The notes under the pieces were generated by a model. It was not told the origin of the DNA and searched no databases. It worked only from the letters and a program-made list of their open reading frames with translations. 64,000 nucleotides of DNA, taken from assembly GCF_009834535.1 (NCBI RefSeq), contig NC_045696.1:103914001-103978000 (forward strand). The letters are read 5' to 3'. The position numbers were made by a program, and so were the translations under genes. Positions 52,322 to 64,000 of the stretch are shown here, piece by piece (position 1 is the first letter of the stretch; each line of letters begins with the position of its first letter). This DNA comes from Camelus ferus (Eukaryota).

Positions 52322-52944
52322 GCAGTCTGGCCGTCTGCCTCAGGATAGTCCCCTGCTTGTCCTCAGGAGCAGCCGTGCCATTCCTCACGCAGAGAACTGG
52401 GTCTCTGATGGTATCGTGGGCTTCCAGAGTTGCTGAAGAGCCAGCCCAGAACAGTGGTCAGGAAGTTCGGTGCTGTCACCCGGGACCAAGAACAGTGCTG
52501 GCAAATCAGGTAAGTAAACACTGAGCTTACTGTCTCTTATCACGCCTCCCACTAATAACCCGAGGCCAAGAGCTGTGGTTAAAATACGAACCACCAGCAT
52601 GTGTCAGATGCAGGCCAGTCAAACGAGTGCCTGTCTTCAACAGCCGGCAGGGCCACGTCGCCAGTGTGTACTAGCCGAAGATAATCTGCTGCCCTTCCCC
52701 CACCACAGTCAACCCTTTATAGTCCACGCCCGGGCCTCTCAGGGCCCTTAACAGGTGGCCAAGAGCAGGTGGGTGCCCGGGGAAACGCCTGCAGTATCAT
52801 CCATGTCCTTCACTGTGGACTGAAGTACAATGTCCTCTGTTCCATGAGGAAGGAGGCTATGGGTATCTTATTTATCCTATATCCATCATCTCAGTGCAGT
52901 TGGTTGGTACCAAAAACATTTTTGAATGAATGAACAGTGAAAAC

Positions 52945-53185
52945 AGCTTAACATAGAAGCACTCACCATGTGCCTAGGCACTAAGTCCTTGTCATGTACT
53001 GTCTCATTTCAGCTTGACAACAATACCATGAGGGAGGTATTACCATCACCTCAGTTTTACAAAAGAGGAAGCTGAGGCACAGAGAGGTTAAGTACCGTGT
53101 CCAAAAGTACAAGCCTAATAGCAGTAGATCCAGGATACAAAGCCAGTCTGGCTCCAGAATCTACACTCTTAACCACCGTGCTGTG
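52945..53185 (-). mobile_element. MIR SINE
   Basis: cagttttacaaaagaggaagctgaggcacagagaggttaagta...gtctggctccagaatctacactcttaaccac. Confidence 0.85.
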
Positions 53186-53632
53186 CTGAGGACACAATCT
53201 CAGGTACTTAGGTATTAGGAAGTCATCATCAGAGAACCCTGGACATATCCACACACCCTGAGAAACCCTTCCAGGAGGTTTCTGGTGGTGCTAAGCCCAC
53301 ACTGTTTTTGTTTATTTGATCTGCAGGACATTTTAAAGAAAACCAATGCCTACTTTCATCCCCAAGCAGGAGACTACCTGCAATTTTCAAATAACTATGT
53401 AAGCACACTGACTTATCAAGCAACTGTAGCAGGCATATCTAGGTACACAGTATTCCTCTGCTCAAGAAATCTGAATAAGCTTTTTAAACATTCTGTGGTC
53501 CAATGTCCCCAACTCTAAGAAGATCCCAGACTTGCTAGACAGATTGAACAAGATCATGGACCACAGTTGCCTGTTTAAATGGTAAGCTACTATATAAGCA
53601 TAACATATGATCATAATAATTAATATATTTTG

Positions 53633-53725
53633 GGGGACAGGGTATAGCTCAGTGGCAGAGTGTGTGCTTAGCATGCACAAGGTCCTGGATTCAATCCCCA
53701 GTACCTCCATTAAAATTTTTTAAAA
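53633..53725 (+). mobile_element. tRNA-Ala-derived SINE with a perfect 20-bp TSD
   Basis: gggtatagctcagtggcagagtgtgtgcttagcatgcacaaggtcctggattcaatccccagtacctcca; TSD ataataattaatatattttg at 53613-53632 and 53726-53745. Confidence 0.93.
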
Positions 53726-54666
53726 ATAATAATTAATATATTTTGATATAACAGATCAAAATATCTATACACATCAATCTATACTTGTCAAAATTCCATA
53801 CTTGCATATACTTCTGTGGAAGTTCCTATTTGTATCTCTCCACATTTCCATGATAACGTACAAAGCTTAATTTATTTCTGTAATACTGTGTCCCTCCATT
53901 AGTACTTCGGAGCTTCCAGACATTTCTACTATAACTTTAATAACTTTTCTCTACCTTAATCCAACTACTTCTTTCATTTTAGAAGAACGAGTTAACAAGG
54001 CAGTAAATGTTTTATTCTAACTTCAGATTCTTCTGTATTAGCACATGACAAAATTAGCAAGCAAGGGCTTCATTTTACTTTATAATTAAAAGGCTCAAAA
54101 TGATACCGCTTTACCTCTGAAGGCCTGATGTTTGGTGTTCGAGCCAAGAATGAGGTGGGTCTAGGAAAGTAAGCTGTGGTTTTTGCTTGTTGGAAAGACA
54201 CATGTCTCCATATAATTGAGGGGTAGGACAAACAGTATTCAAACTATTTGTAAATTTGGTGTAAATGATGACTCTAACCACAGACAGGAGTGGAGAGGAG
54301 GGGGAGGCAGTGTCAAAACCAGGTGCAATCATTTTCACCTTGATCTGTTCTTTAAAGCTCTGGTTTCTACGCTATTGAAGGCTCTAAGGAAGTCAGTTAT
54401 GCACAGGGGCAGAGACAGTGGTTAGCAGATGACAAAAGTATGCTTTATAATACAGAGATGTAACGCATAAGTTGGGGAAGTGACTATGCAAATACAAACA
54501 GAATTTTCACGTTCCTACAGTTGCTACCATTAGATACGTGCTTGAGCTCTCCTCCACCCTAGTATCAGCACAGAAATGGCTCGACCAATGTGCGTAGTGC
54601 AGGAAGGTGGGGCTGGGGGAGGAGGAGGAAGGAGGGACCAGGATGCAGGGATGAACCCTAGATACT

Positions 54667-54753
54667 CCTTGTGGACTAGTTCCTGTAGCCAGGAAGCAGC
54701 CTGGAGGATGTGGGTGAAGGCTGCCTCCCGGCAGTGGGAACTAGTCCACAAGG
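54667..54753. repeat. Imperfect inverted repeat, 36-bp arms and 15-nt loop
   Basis: ccttgtggactagttcctgtagccaggaagcagcct (54667-54702) versus aggctgcctcccggcagtgggaactagtccacaagg (54718-54753); 30 of 36 positions are Watson-Crick pairs. Confidence 0.93.
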
Positions 54754-57399
54754 CTCCTCCAAGTTCTTTTTCAGTGTCTTTTAATCATGAGCTTCCTCTA
54801 TGCTTCTGCGACTGCTCTTCTCTTCATTTCTGATGGCCCTGTTCCTTTTTCAAAGCCAGTGGCTTCCCCAAGCAGAGCCCTAGAAGATTCAGAGCAGCCC
54901 TCTGGTTCCAGGGGTGGAGTCTGTGGCTCAGGCCACCCTGGCCCTTCTGCCTTTTGGACTCAGAGCAGACCCTGCAATTCATTCCCAATTCACAGGTGCC
55001 TCCTCATGGCTGCCCTGCAGTACCTCCCGGTTGAGGGGCCTTAGAAGGCCCGACTGTATCTGCAAGGATGCTCAGCAGGTTCAAGAAGAGTCCCTAGGAG
55101 GCTGCTTCTGCGAAAAGGCCTACCAGAAGGAAGCTGTCGCCTCCTCTTCACGTACTAAGTGCAGATGCACACACCCTCCCAGCTGCCTCTCTTTTTGCCA
55201 TGCCCCTGGGTGCTCCCCGCAACATCTCAGGTTTGAGCTGGCTCCCCCGGGGCCGGACCGCAGAACAACGTCATCACTCAAGTCACTGTTTCCAAAGGGG
55301 CACAACCCTCATCCAAAAACTTCAAATGGCTCAGTGCTCTCCCACCTTGCTGAGTTCAGTCCTCACCTGGCTTTCAAGGCCTTCTAAGAACCAGAATGGT
55401 GGGCCCAGCACCCATTTTTCCCATCTCAGTGACTTTGCTCCTAATGGTAACCCCTCTACCAGAATGTGGGCCCACATCCTTATCCACCAACCAAGAACCC
55501 CATCTCAGGGCTGAGGGCTACCTTCCTAAATTTTCAGGACCTTAACTATTCTCCCATCCTTCTTCCTACCCACTCCAGATCACAAGTTCTCTCCTCCTCC
55601 CTCCCGCCCTCTCTCTCTCCCTTTCTCTCTCACATACAAAATGCAGCATTAATTAAACCTCTTTTAGAAAACAGATTTTCACCAGCTGCAGGAGTCCTGG
55701 GTATGAGTGAGACCTGAAGCCAGAGACAGGCTGAGTGAGGAAGATAAGCTCATGACAGCTGTGAATGAACCTGTGGGCAGTGCAGCGTCCCACATCCAAG
55801 TGACATTATGAATTCCAGCCCTTCCCAGGTTCCTGAAAAAAAGGGAGCATAGGTTGCTCCCACTCCTTTAGCCTCTGGCTATTCTCCCCCGGGCTGGCCT
55901 TGGACAGAGGCAGGAGAACTGGACTTTCCTCCCTCTGCCAGTGAGTCAGTGCCGCCTCCCACAGACAGAAACACCTTCCTCGAACCAGCCTCCCTCCCCA
56001 GCACAGCAGCAAACCATATTGCCAGAAAAGTGCAAGAAGGGGCGCTCCCAGCTTTCCCCAGGGTGGGTAGCCCCGCCGGGGTGAAGATGCTGCAATGGGA
56101 AACAGCCAGCTGGGCTCCACAGGTGGCTTCCCCCATCACGCGCAGGGATGAGGGATGCTGAAGGCGGCTGTGGGCCACAGCTCAGGGCCCTATAGGTTAA
56201 GCTGTGGAGGACTCATCCCTCAGCAAAAAGCCTTAGTTCCTCAGAGTCCTCATCACCCTCTCACCCCAATTATGGGATGAGAACAGCTGCTTTTCTTCAT
56301 GGACATTCTGAGGTTAGAGGCCCAGTTGTCAAAGCCTGACCCATAAATTGAGCTCTTTGTCCCAAATGCACACAAAAATGAATGTCTCTACTGAGATAAA
56401 GTATTTCTTAAAAACATGATGAATTTAAGGATAACATTTTGGAAACAGTGTAGCACAATGGAAAAACACGGATGACAGGCTTAGACTGGATTCAGGAGGG
56501 AGACCCACTTCTTTACTAGACAAACACTGAGTACCTACCACTTAGAAGGTGCCAGGCTGGGTTCTAGGGCCACAGAGATGGTTCCACCCCATCTCTGAAG
56601 GTGCTCTTGGCCAGTGGGGCATCTGACAGTCAACAACTCATCACAGAGCAGCGTGGCGAGGGCTGAGGTGATACCCACTGGAATTTGTGGGCACTCAGAG
56701 GGAGCCTACTGAGCTCCCGTGTGACCCTGGGCTAATTACTTATTAATTCATTATTCAACAGTAAAAGAATATTGAAGTCATTACTATTCAAGCCAGTCAC
56801 TCAAAAGAAAGAGTTGCAGATACTGCAGTTCCACAAACGATCCAAATGCAGTGCTCCAAAGGCGAGGAGGCCCATCTACTCCCCTGGGTGCCCCAAAGTA
56901 GCCTCTCACGCATCGGTGAGGGTGAGCTGGCCAGGAGCTATTCCCCAAAAGAGAAGAACCTTCGACATGCCCTTTCTTTGAAATAGGCAATTAATTTAAT
57001 CCAAGACATGAGAAAAGCCAGGACTTCTCTTCATGCGCTGGCTTTCTGGCTGTCACCCTGCATCTCCACCTCTCTCCAGGGAACACGAGGCTTTTCAAAC
57101 CATCTGCTTTAAGCCCTCTTCCCACAGACGTCCAGACTGAGAACCAACACCTCTGAGCAGGAGTTGTTCCCAAGTTCCGTCCACAGTCACGTCACGTCAC
57201 GTTTGCGAGGCTGGCTGGGCACTGCCTGCTCTACAGTCAGGTTCACCCGCGGGCCTCCTGCAAATAGCAACAAATGTCCCCAAGTTGTGGAGCCTTCTTG
57301 AGGCTCTCTTGGCCATCCACCCCACACCTCCCCATTCCCACGAGATCTGTTTCCACATCTATCCTGATTTTACCTTTTGAATGCTTACAAAGCATTCTT

Positions 57400-58950
57400 G
57401 TCTTCCCACGAAGGCACGCGCCACCCAGGCGGCGATAGCCTCCCTCCCCACGAAATGCCCCGCCGAAGCGGGAAACATGGCTCCGCACCCTCCGGCACCG
57501 TTAATCCTTTAACCAACCACAGGTCCACCCTGAAAGACCACTGCAGCCTCAAAGAAAGCAACCAGCTCTAAGCACATCCAATTTTGTGTGTGTGACAAAG
57601 CCAGCTTCTTTAAAAGATTGCGAGCAAAAGCAACGCCGTTGGGGGTAAACCACGCAGTTAAGCTGAGCACCCAGGAACGTTAACGCGCGCGTGGAGCGGC
57701 CCCTCCGCGGGGCTCCGGGACTCCCGGGGGCGCCCCGCGCAGGTAGCTGACGGGAGGAGCTGGCCCCACCCCCGAGGAAGGCCGCGGGGAAGTTGCCGCT
57801 GCCGCCGCTTCCTTACCTGGAGACCAGCAGCCTCGGAATTGCTGGGGAAGGGGGATCCTGGGAGCTCCAGTTTGGGCAGAAATCAGGCGGCAGGAGTGCG
57901 GGGGCCGAGCGGGAGCGGGCTGGAGGGGCGGGGACGCGGATGGAGGCAGGCGAAGCAGGCGAGGAGCAGAGCTGGAGGTGGAGAAGCAGGAGGCAGCGGG
58001 GGATTAGGGGAGGCACCCGCCGGGAGGTGCGGGGCAGGGGCTTGGGGAAAGGGTGGAGGAATCGTAGGCCGGGTTAGGGGGCGCTGGGGAAAGGAAAGGG
58101 AGCGGCAGATTAGGAGGCGGGAGCAGGGATCCCGACGCGTGGGGGTGGGGGGTGGCTTGGGAAGAGGGAACTAGTCGGGGGCTGGGGCTGGGGGCTGGGG
58201 AGAGGGCAGAGATGCATGAGGAAGCTTAGTCACCAGGTCCAGACCCCGTGCTTGGAAGCCCGCCCCCGACCCCCCAACCCGTCTCCCACCGGAGACACTG
58301 CCGGGCGCGTCCAGAGGACCCCCTAGGTCTCCGAGCCCTGCACCCCGGGAAACTCGCCCGCCTCGAGCCTCCGCGCCGCTCAGCCTCAACTGCAACCACC
58401 CCGCCGCGGCCCACGCGGCACTCACCGCCCATGGTGCCGGCCGGGCCCCGGCCCCACAGCTGCGCGCCGGGTTCGGCGCTCACCGCCTACTCCGCCCGGC
58501 GCGGGGAAAGCGAGGGAAGCTCACACCCGCCACAGAACAGCGCGGCATCCCGCAGCGCCCCCTACTGCCCTCGCTGCGCCCTGGGCTCGGCCCGCCCCGC
58601 CTCGAGCTCCGCCCCGGAGGCGGCGATGCGGTGCGGCCCCGCTGGCCCGAAGGGAGCGGAAGCGACTGCGGAGAAGACACTGCGTGGAGGAGGCCAAACA
58701 CAGGCCCCAGAGACTGGCCAGTCTGCAGAGATCCTGGCTTGCGAAAGCCAGGGTCACGGTCACCCTGAGTGCGCCGGGACCGCGGCCACCTCGGGATCAG
58801 GGATTGCGTGGACGCACGCCTAGACGGCGGTGCACCGACACCGCCCGGACCTGGGGACCTAGTGTGGGTGCCTGTGGGTTTTGTGCTGGGCTGGGCGTGA
58901 GTGTTTGGGGGCTGCCACTGCCGGGTGACTGCTGCCGCGTGGACTCAAAC
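57400..58950. promoter_or_regulatory. CpG island / PXYLP1 promoter
   Basis: By far the most GC- and CpG-dense part of the window. GC boxes (ccgccc) at about 58590-58615 and an ETS-type gcggaag near 58656. Confidence 0.9.
58426..58560 (-). other. PXYLP1: Putative non-coding exon 1 of PXYLP1; alternative donors after 58484 and 58426; 5' end approximate
   Basis: Minus-strand donors GGCG|GTGAGC (58483) and GGCG|GTGAGT (58425) just downstream of the GC boxes. Confidence 0.6.
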
Positions 58951-61900
58951 TGTCACAATTCTCACCACCTTGCTGCCCCACCCCCTAGCCCACTCCACGT
59001 GCCCCTTCCTGCTCCTACCACATCCGGCCCTGTGTGTCAACTCTAGACCTCGATGCTGCACTCTGGGGAGGTCTGGGCAGCCTGCCTCTCCAACCCATCC
59101 CCACCCCGTGGCTCTCAGCGTTCTCGAGTTACTGGAGAACCATAGAGCACTTGAATGATTCGGTAACTCCGTTAGACACCCGTGAGGCGCTCAGTTGAAC
59201 TTGATTTGATGCGGTATTTGGGGGTCATTTCTTTCAAATGTTGGGTTTCAGATGGTGGTGATTCCTACCTGATTTCTCCGCGCGAGATGATCTCGCCAGC
59301 TGCGACTGTCAAGAGAGGACTTTGGTGTCAGAAGTCTACTGTGACCCCTACGTGCCCCAGCACAACTGGTCTTGCGCAAAACAGGCTCATGAATATTTAC
59401 TATTGACTTTCCCGGCGCACTTTCTGAAGGAGCGTCTCCCTTGGCCTCTTCTTTCACTCCTGTATTTGATGGCTCCCAATCCACACTCTACACCGAGATA
59501 TCCCATATTTCTACCTATTCTCTGGTTTTCTGCCTAGAACTTTCCGTCTTAATTCAGCACTCCCAACACCAAATTCTATCTTCCCAGCTCTTCCCAGCTC
59601 CCAACCTCATCTGCTCTTATGGTCTCACCATTCCTGCAGACACTGGGATGCCTTCCTCACCTGATGGCTCAATGCCCTTTATAAGCCTTTGCTTATAAAC
59701 CTGCCTTTCTCACCACATTCCTGAGATGCCAGGCTGTCCTCAGCTGCTTCCTGCCCTGACCACTGACACAACCCCTCCCAGTCACGAACTGTGCCTCCCA
59801 GCACAAAATTGTTTCACTGTCTCCTTTAGCATCACTCCAGGCTCTCCCATGTGACTCAGTTCCACCCAACACATCTCCTTCCCTCCCAGGGCTCTGCTGA
59901 TGGTCCTCTCACCAATCCAGGCTCTACCCCTTTCCTGGCGCTGCCTCCCTCTTCCCTACACAAGTTAGGGGGCTTTCTGCTGTAAATGAGAGACAACCCA
60001 ATTCACACTTGCTTAAACAAAAAGGAATTGATTGACGTACATAAGTTAAAAGCTCAGGGTGTCTCTGCTTCAGGCCTGGATTTAGTTCCGGAAACTGAAG
60101 ACTTTGGGAGCTCTCCATCTCCAGGCTTTGCTTCCTCCCATGGGCACTATACTCTCAGGCTCCACATGAGACCCTAGCAGAGCCAGGCTCACAACTTCGC
60201 ACAACAAGTCCAGCAGAAAAACAGCTTCTCTTTGTCCACCATTCCTGCAAGCCTTGGGTCTGACTCTGGTTGGCAGGATTGGTTCACTTGTCTATCCTGT
60301 TCTCCCAGTCACTGTGACCCCCTCCTGTGGCTCCCTCTCTCTGCTACCTTCTCTTCCCCACAGGGAAAAAGTGCCTGCTCCTGGATCCCTCCTCTGTCAC
60401 AGCGGGACTGAGGGTGATGCAGGGGCACCATGTCTAACCACTTCCCCACTAAATTTGCCACACTCCACTCCACCGTGCTGCAGCCCTCTGGTGCTGGCAC
60501 AGGGCATTTTGTGGGGCAGAGTTCCAAAGAGGAAGTGGGTACAGGCCCTCTCTGCTTACAGCCTCCTCCTCAACCTGTCTGGGGTCTCTGTCTTTGCACC
60601 ACCCTAGGTCAAGACTTGGTACGGAGGTGGCCTCAGGCCCCTCAGAACTGGGCATCATGCTCTCCCTAGACTCACCCTCTCAGTCTCTTTCCGCACTTTC
60701 CCTGTTCTCTGATGGCTTTGATTTCCCTTTCCATCCTGGAGGAGGTGTCCTCTCCCTCCTCCCTGTGGGCTGTGGGTTCTGAGTGGTACCCACCTTTCCC
60801 TGCCCCAGGGCAGTAACACCTCTTGGTTAAAACTTAAAGGAGGAAGTGGCTACAAGGAAAGAAAAAAGAAAGGTTCCTACAGGGAAAAAAGACCTGGGGA
60901 AGCATCTCAAAACCATTACCCCCATTAAACCTCTTTCCTCTGTGGTGGTTGAGGAGATAAGATGTAGCCTGAAGCAGCTGGTGGCGCCCTGGCCAGCAAC
61001 TGGGAGGCTGTGCCAGAGACTGGAGCCGACCCAGAGGAAGGCAGAGATGAGAGAGAGGCAGATTGCTGTCGAAACCAGGCCCTGGATTTTTCAAGTACAT
61101 GTTCAGTGTATCCTTGCTTTTCCCCAAGCAAATTGAATGGGTTTTTCTATCACTTCCTGAGTAACCCAAGCCTATAGCACAGTGCCTGGTACATTTGTCC
61201 CTGCAAAATAGTACCTACCATCGTAATATCCATCTGACAGAGGAGCAAGCTGTGCTCACTGATGACCGTAAAACAGAGTAGAAGAGAAAAAGCGCAGGGC
61301 CATCTGCTCGTAACCGTGCTCTCCCCTTCTATTCCCAGCTTTCGTCCTTCTCCCACACACATTGTGGCCCCCAGGGAAACTCTCAGAATTTGCTGAAGGT
61401 TGAATCTCCCACCTTATAAAAATAGTCCCAGACTCACCCAGTCATGAATATTCTGCCAGGCAGCTCTTGCTGCCATTTCACCCAAGCAGTCCCGGCCTGG
61501 AGCTGCTGGGGGCAGGTGCCCTTCTTCAATTCAGCTTCCATCCACTGAGCAAAAAAGCTGAGTAAATATTTGTACAGCCTCCTTTGTCCCGCACTGTAGA
61601 CTTAGAGAAACAATGGGCTACTGTCCCCACCTTGAAGGGTTGACTCGGGGAAGACAAGCAGTCTAGGACAGACACGAAGGTAACTCAAAGGTATCAGGGA
61701 GGCCACTGGGGGGGAGGGGCAGTGGTTTATTAGCGCCGGGTTCTAAGTTCCAAGGGTCTGTGCCTCCCATCACCCTGCCTCCCAACAGCATTTATACATC
61801 TGTACAAAAACACTTCTTTTGTGCCCACCACGATATCTTGGTTACGAATATTATTTTAAAGTTCCAATTACCGTGGGGTTTCTTTCTCAGATCATCAAAG

Positions 61901-62885
61901 TACCCACTTGTTGTTAAAACTTGGGAAAAAACCAAGTACACAGAAAGATTAAAACTTAAATTATTCACAATAAGTTTGCGTCAAATAATATATTAAACAT
62001 CAAACTAAGATTGAAAGCCAGAGGACTGTCCCACACATGCTTCCACCCCTCCACTGGCCACCCCAGGGCCTCAGGGAGATAAATATCTTGCAAAAGGTTA
62101 AGGTCATTTCTTAGGTCCTTTCAAAAACACTGCACTCTTCCTAACACATGTATATTTTTAAAAACTGCAGTCCAGCCTCCCAGCGCCAGGGTGGTCTGTC
62201 CTCTATTATTTATGTATGCATGACTCATCGTGCTTGCTACCAGCTGCAATCCCTTCTCCCCACCCCAGCAGGCTTATTATACTAGCCCCTTGCCCTCCCC
62301 GAGCAACCGGGGAAGGCAAACTCATTTTACCATCTATCTGGGCAAAATCCAATTAGAAAGGCAAATCCAGAAGAACAGAACACAAAATAACCACATTAAA
62401 TAAAAATAAGAGATGGCTTCAAATCTGACCAGCCAAAAAAAAAAAAAAAATCACAAAGAACTGAAATAGTTTACTGAATCATAGATCTCAATCTTCATTT
62501 TTGTCCCCTAACTCTGACCCCCACTAAAAGATGTTTCTGAGGAAAAAAGAAAACAAACAAGCACTCAATGAACTCACACAAATCTTATTTAGAAATCGTA
62601 AAAGGACAGCAAGGATTCTGGCTATTTCATCTTCAACAGTGCCTGAAACCTACTTACAAAAATTGGATGAATGGATGAGCGGACCAAGAGCCTGTCCCTC
62701 TCATTTCACAATTAGGAGCCAAGAGGAGAGTGGGGTCATGGTGGGGTTTTCTTCAATCTCATGGCCGCTTGAGAGACAAAAAAAAAACTGGAGGTCAAGT
62801 GCCAATGAGAGAAGTAGGGCCCAGCTAACACCCCAAACTCCCAGTTAGGACCCAAAACAGAAAAGATGGAAGCTAGAAAACAGTC

Positions 62886-63330
62886 TTAGAATGCTATACA
62901 TTTCCTTTCATTCATTGCTTGAACTGCACCCCACAATGCTGATAGGTTGTTTTCATTTACATTTGGCTCAAAATACTTTCTAATTTCTCTTTGAGCCGTG
63001 GGGTATTTGATAGTGTGTTTAGTTTCTGAATATGTGGGGGAGCTGTCAGCTGTATTTCTGATATTCATTTCTGATTTTATTCCACTCTTGTCAGAGAACA
63101 CCATGATTTTGTTCTTTTTAAAGTTGTTGAGACTTATTTATGGTCCATAATATAGTCTAAGTTGATAAAGTCCTGTGTGCTCTGGAAAAGAATGTATACA
63201 TTTTGCTGTTGGTGGGTGGAGGGTCCTACAAATGTGAGTTAGGTCAATCTGGCTAATAGTGTTTTTCAGCTCTTTCAGATCCTCACTAATTTTCTTTCTT
63301 TTTTTTTCCTATCAATTATTGACTGAATGG
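62886..63330 (-). mobile_element. Old L1 ORF2 fragment, endonuclease-distal region
   Basis: ORF 62886..63104(-) reads FSDKSGIKSEMN...REIRKYFEPNVNEN...LW, resembling L1 ORF2p FSDHNGIKLEIN...EIKKYLE...NLW. Confidence 0.8.
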
Positions 63331-64000
63331 TTGACATCTCCTTGATTATTTCTCCTTTGAGTTCTCAGCATATTCTAACATGTCCTACAGGGAACAAGAA
63401 GCTAAACAGCCCTAACTCTTCCCTCCCTTGCCCCCTTCTCTCTATCCATCATATCTGGCTTCAACACCGCATTCCACTCCCTGGGATACTCCCTGGGTTG
63501 CAAAATGTTCCAAATCAGAGAAGTTGAGTTGAGCTATAGCCTGGAGTAGGGTGGGAAGCAGTTCTGGGACAACTGGGGTGCTCCCTGCTGTCCCGGAGAA
63601 CCAAAGGTGCGGTCAACCCAAGTCCCTTTGGAAGAGTGAGAGGCCAGCATAAGGGCAGTCTGGAGGGATGGGCAAAGAGTGGAGTGGTTGCAAGAAGCCT
63701 CCAAGCCCCATTCATTCATTTCTCGAATGCCTAGGACATGCCCAGCACTGCACTGAGCACCTCGAAGACAACAGTGAATAATCACTACCTGAGCAGCTTC
63801 CAAGTCCTGTCTGGGGAGATGTAGGGTCAAACAAGCAACAGATCGCAGTGTGATCACTGTGGGTTCAGCAGGAAAAAAGTGTAATCCCGTTTCATGTAAA
63901 GGATAAAAATAATGGCTAGAGAGGTTAAGTGACATGCGGGGGTGACCCAGCAATTTGGGGGTTGAGGTTGTATAAAATTAAGGTCCAGGGTAGGTTTTCC

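Larger units (their letters stand above)
1..58560 (-). other. PXYLP1: PXYLP1 gene body, partial; 3' exons lie left of the window and the TSS is approximate
   Basis: Three minus-strand exons with canonical AG/GT sites splice in frame to MLFRNRFLLLLALAALLAFVSLSLQFFHLIPVSTAKNEVSSKSRKRIMPEPVTEPPGVDPVYEALLYCNTPSVAERSMEGHAPHHFKLVSVHVFIRHGDRYPLYVIPKTKRPEIDCTLVAN(R), recognised as the PXYLP1/ACPL2 N-terminus. A CpG island lies upstream. Confidence 0.95.

Noticed and set aside
53633..53710. tRNA-Ala(AGC) gene, also considered for 3012-3090, 5181-5252 and 28928-29010
   Set aside because: Target-site duplications, A-rich tails, 5' G-rich extensions and A/B-box substitutions identify these as SINE copies.
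57793..59046. Long ORFs in the CpG island, e.g. 58248..58823 (191 aa)
   Set aside because: Stop-poor GC-rich sequence with overlapping ORFs in several frames and low-complexity Pro/Arg/Ala/Gly translations.

Overview
Mammalian genomic DNA, probably camelid (inferred from four copies of a tRNA-Ala-derived SINE). Most of the window is the 5' part of PXYLP1 (ACPL2, 2-phosphoxylose phosphatase 1) on the minus strand. It includes a CpG-island promoter and non-coding first exon(s) at about 57.4-58.9 kb, the ATG-bearing exon 2 (26675-26806), exon 3 (9523-9681) and exon 4 (8577-8703, with the RHGDRYP active-site motif). The remaining exons lie left of the window. Introns contain SINEs, L1 and L2 fragments, MIRs, solo LTRs and a Tigger-type MITE. 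Nearly all ORFs in the supplied track are chance ORFs. I found no prokaryote-type or multi-gene novel system. The best leads are: (1) a candidate alternative first coding exon in intron 2 that would replace the type II anchor with a signal-peptide-like N-terminus; (2) two uORFs in the 5' leader, one dependent on splice-donor choice; (3) a 36-bp-arm inverted repeat in intron 1; (4) a TSD-flanked chimeric retro-insertion nested in a solo LTR; (5) an internal micro-inversion in an L1. Repeat family names come from recalled consensus sequences, not a database search, and repeat boundaries without TSDs are approximate.
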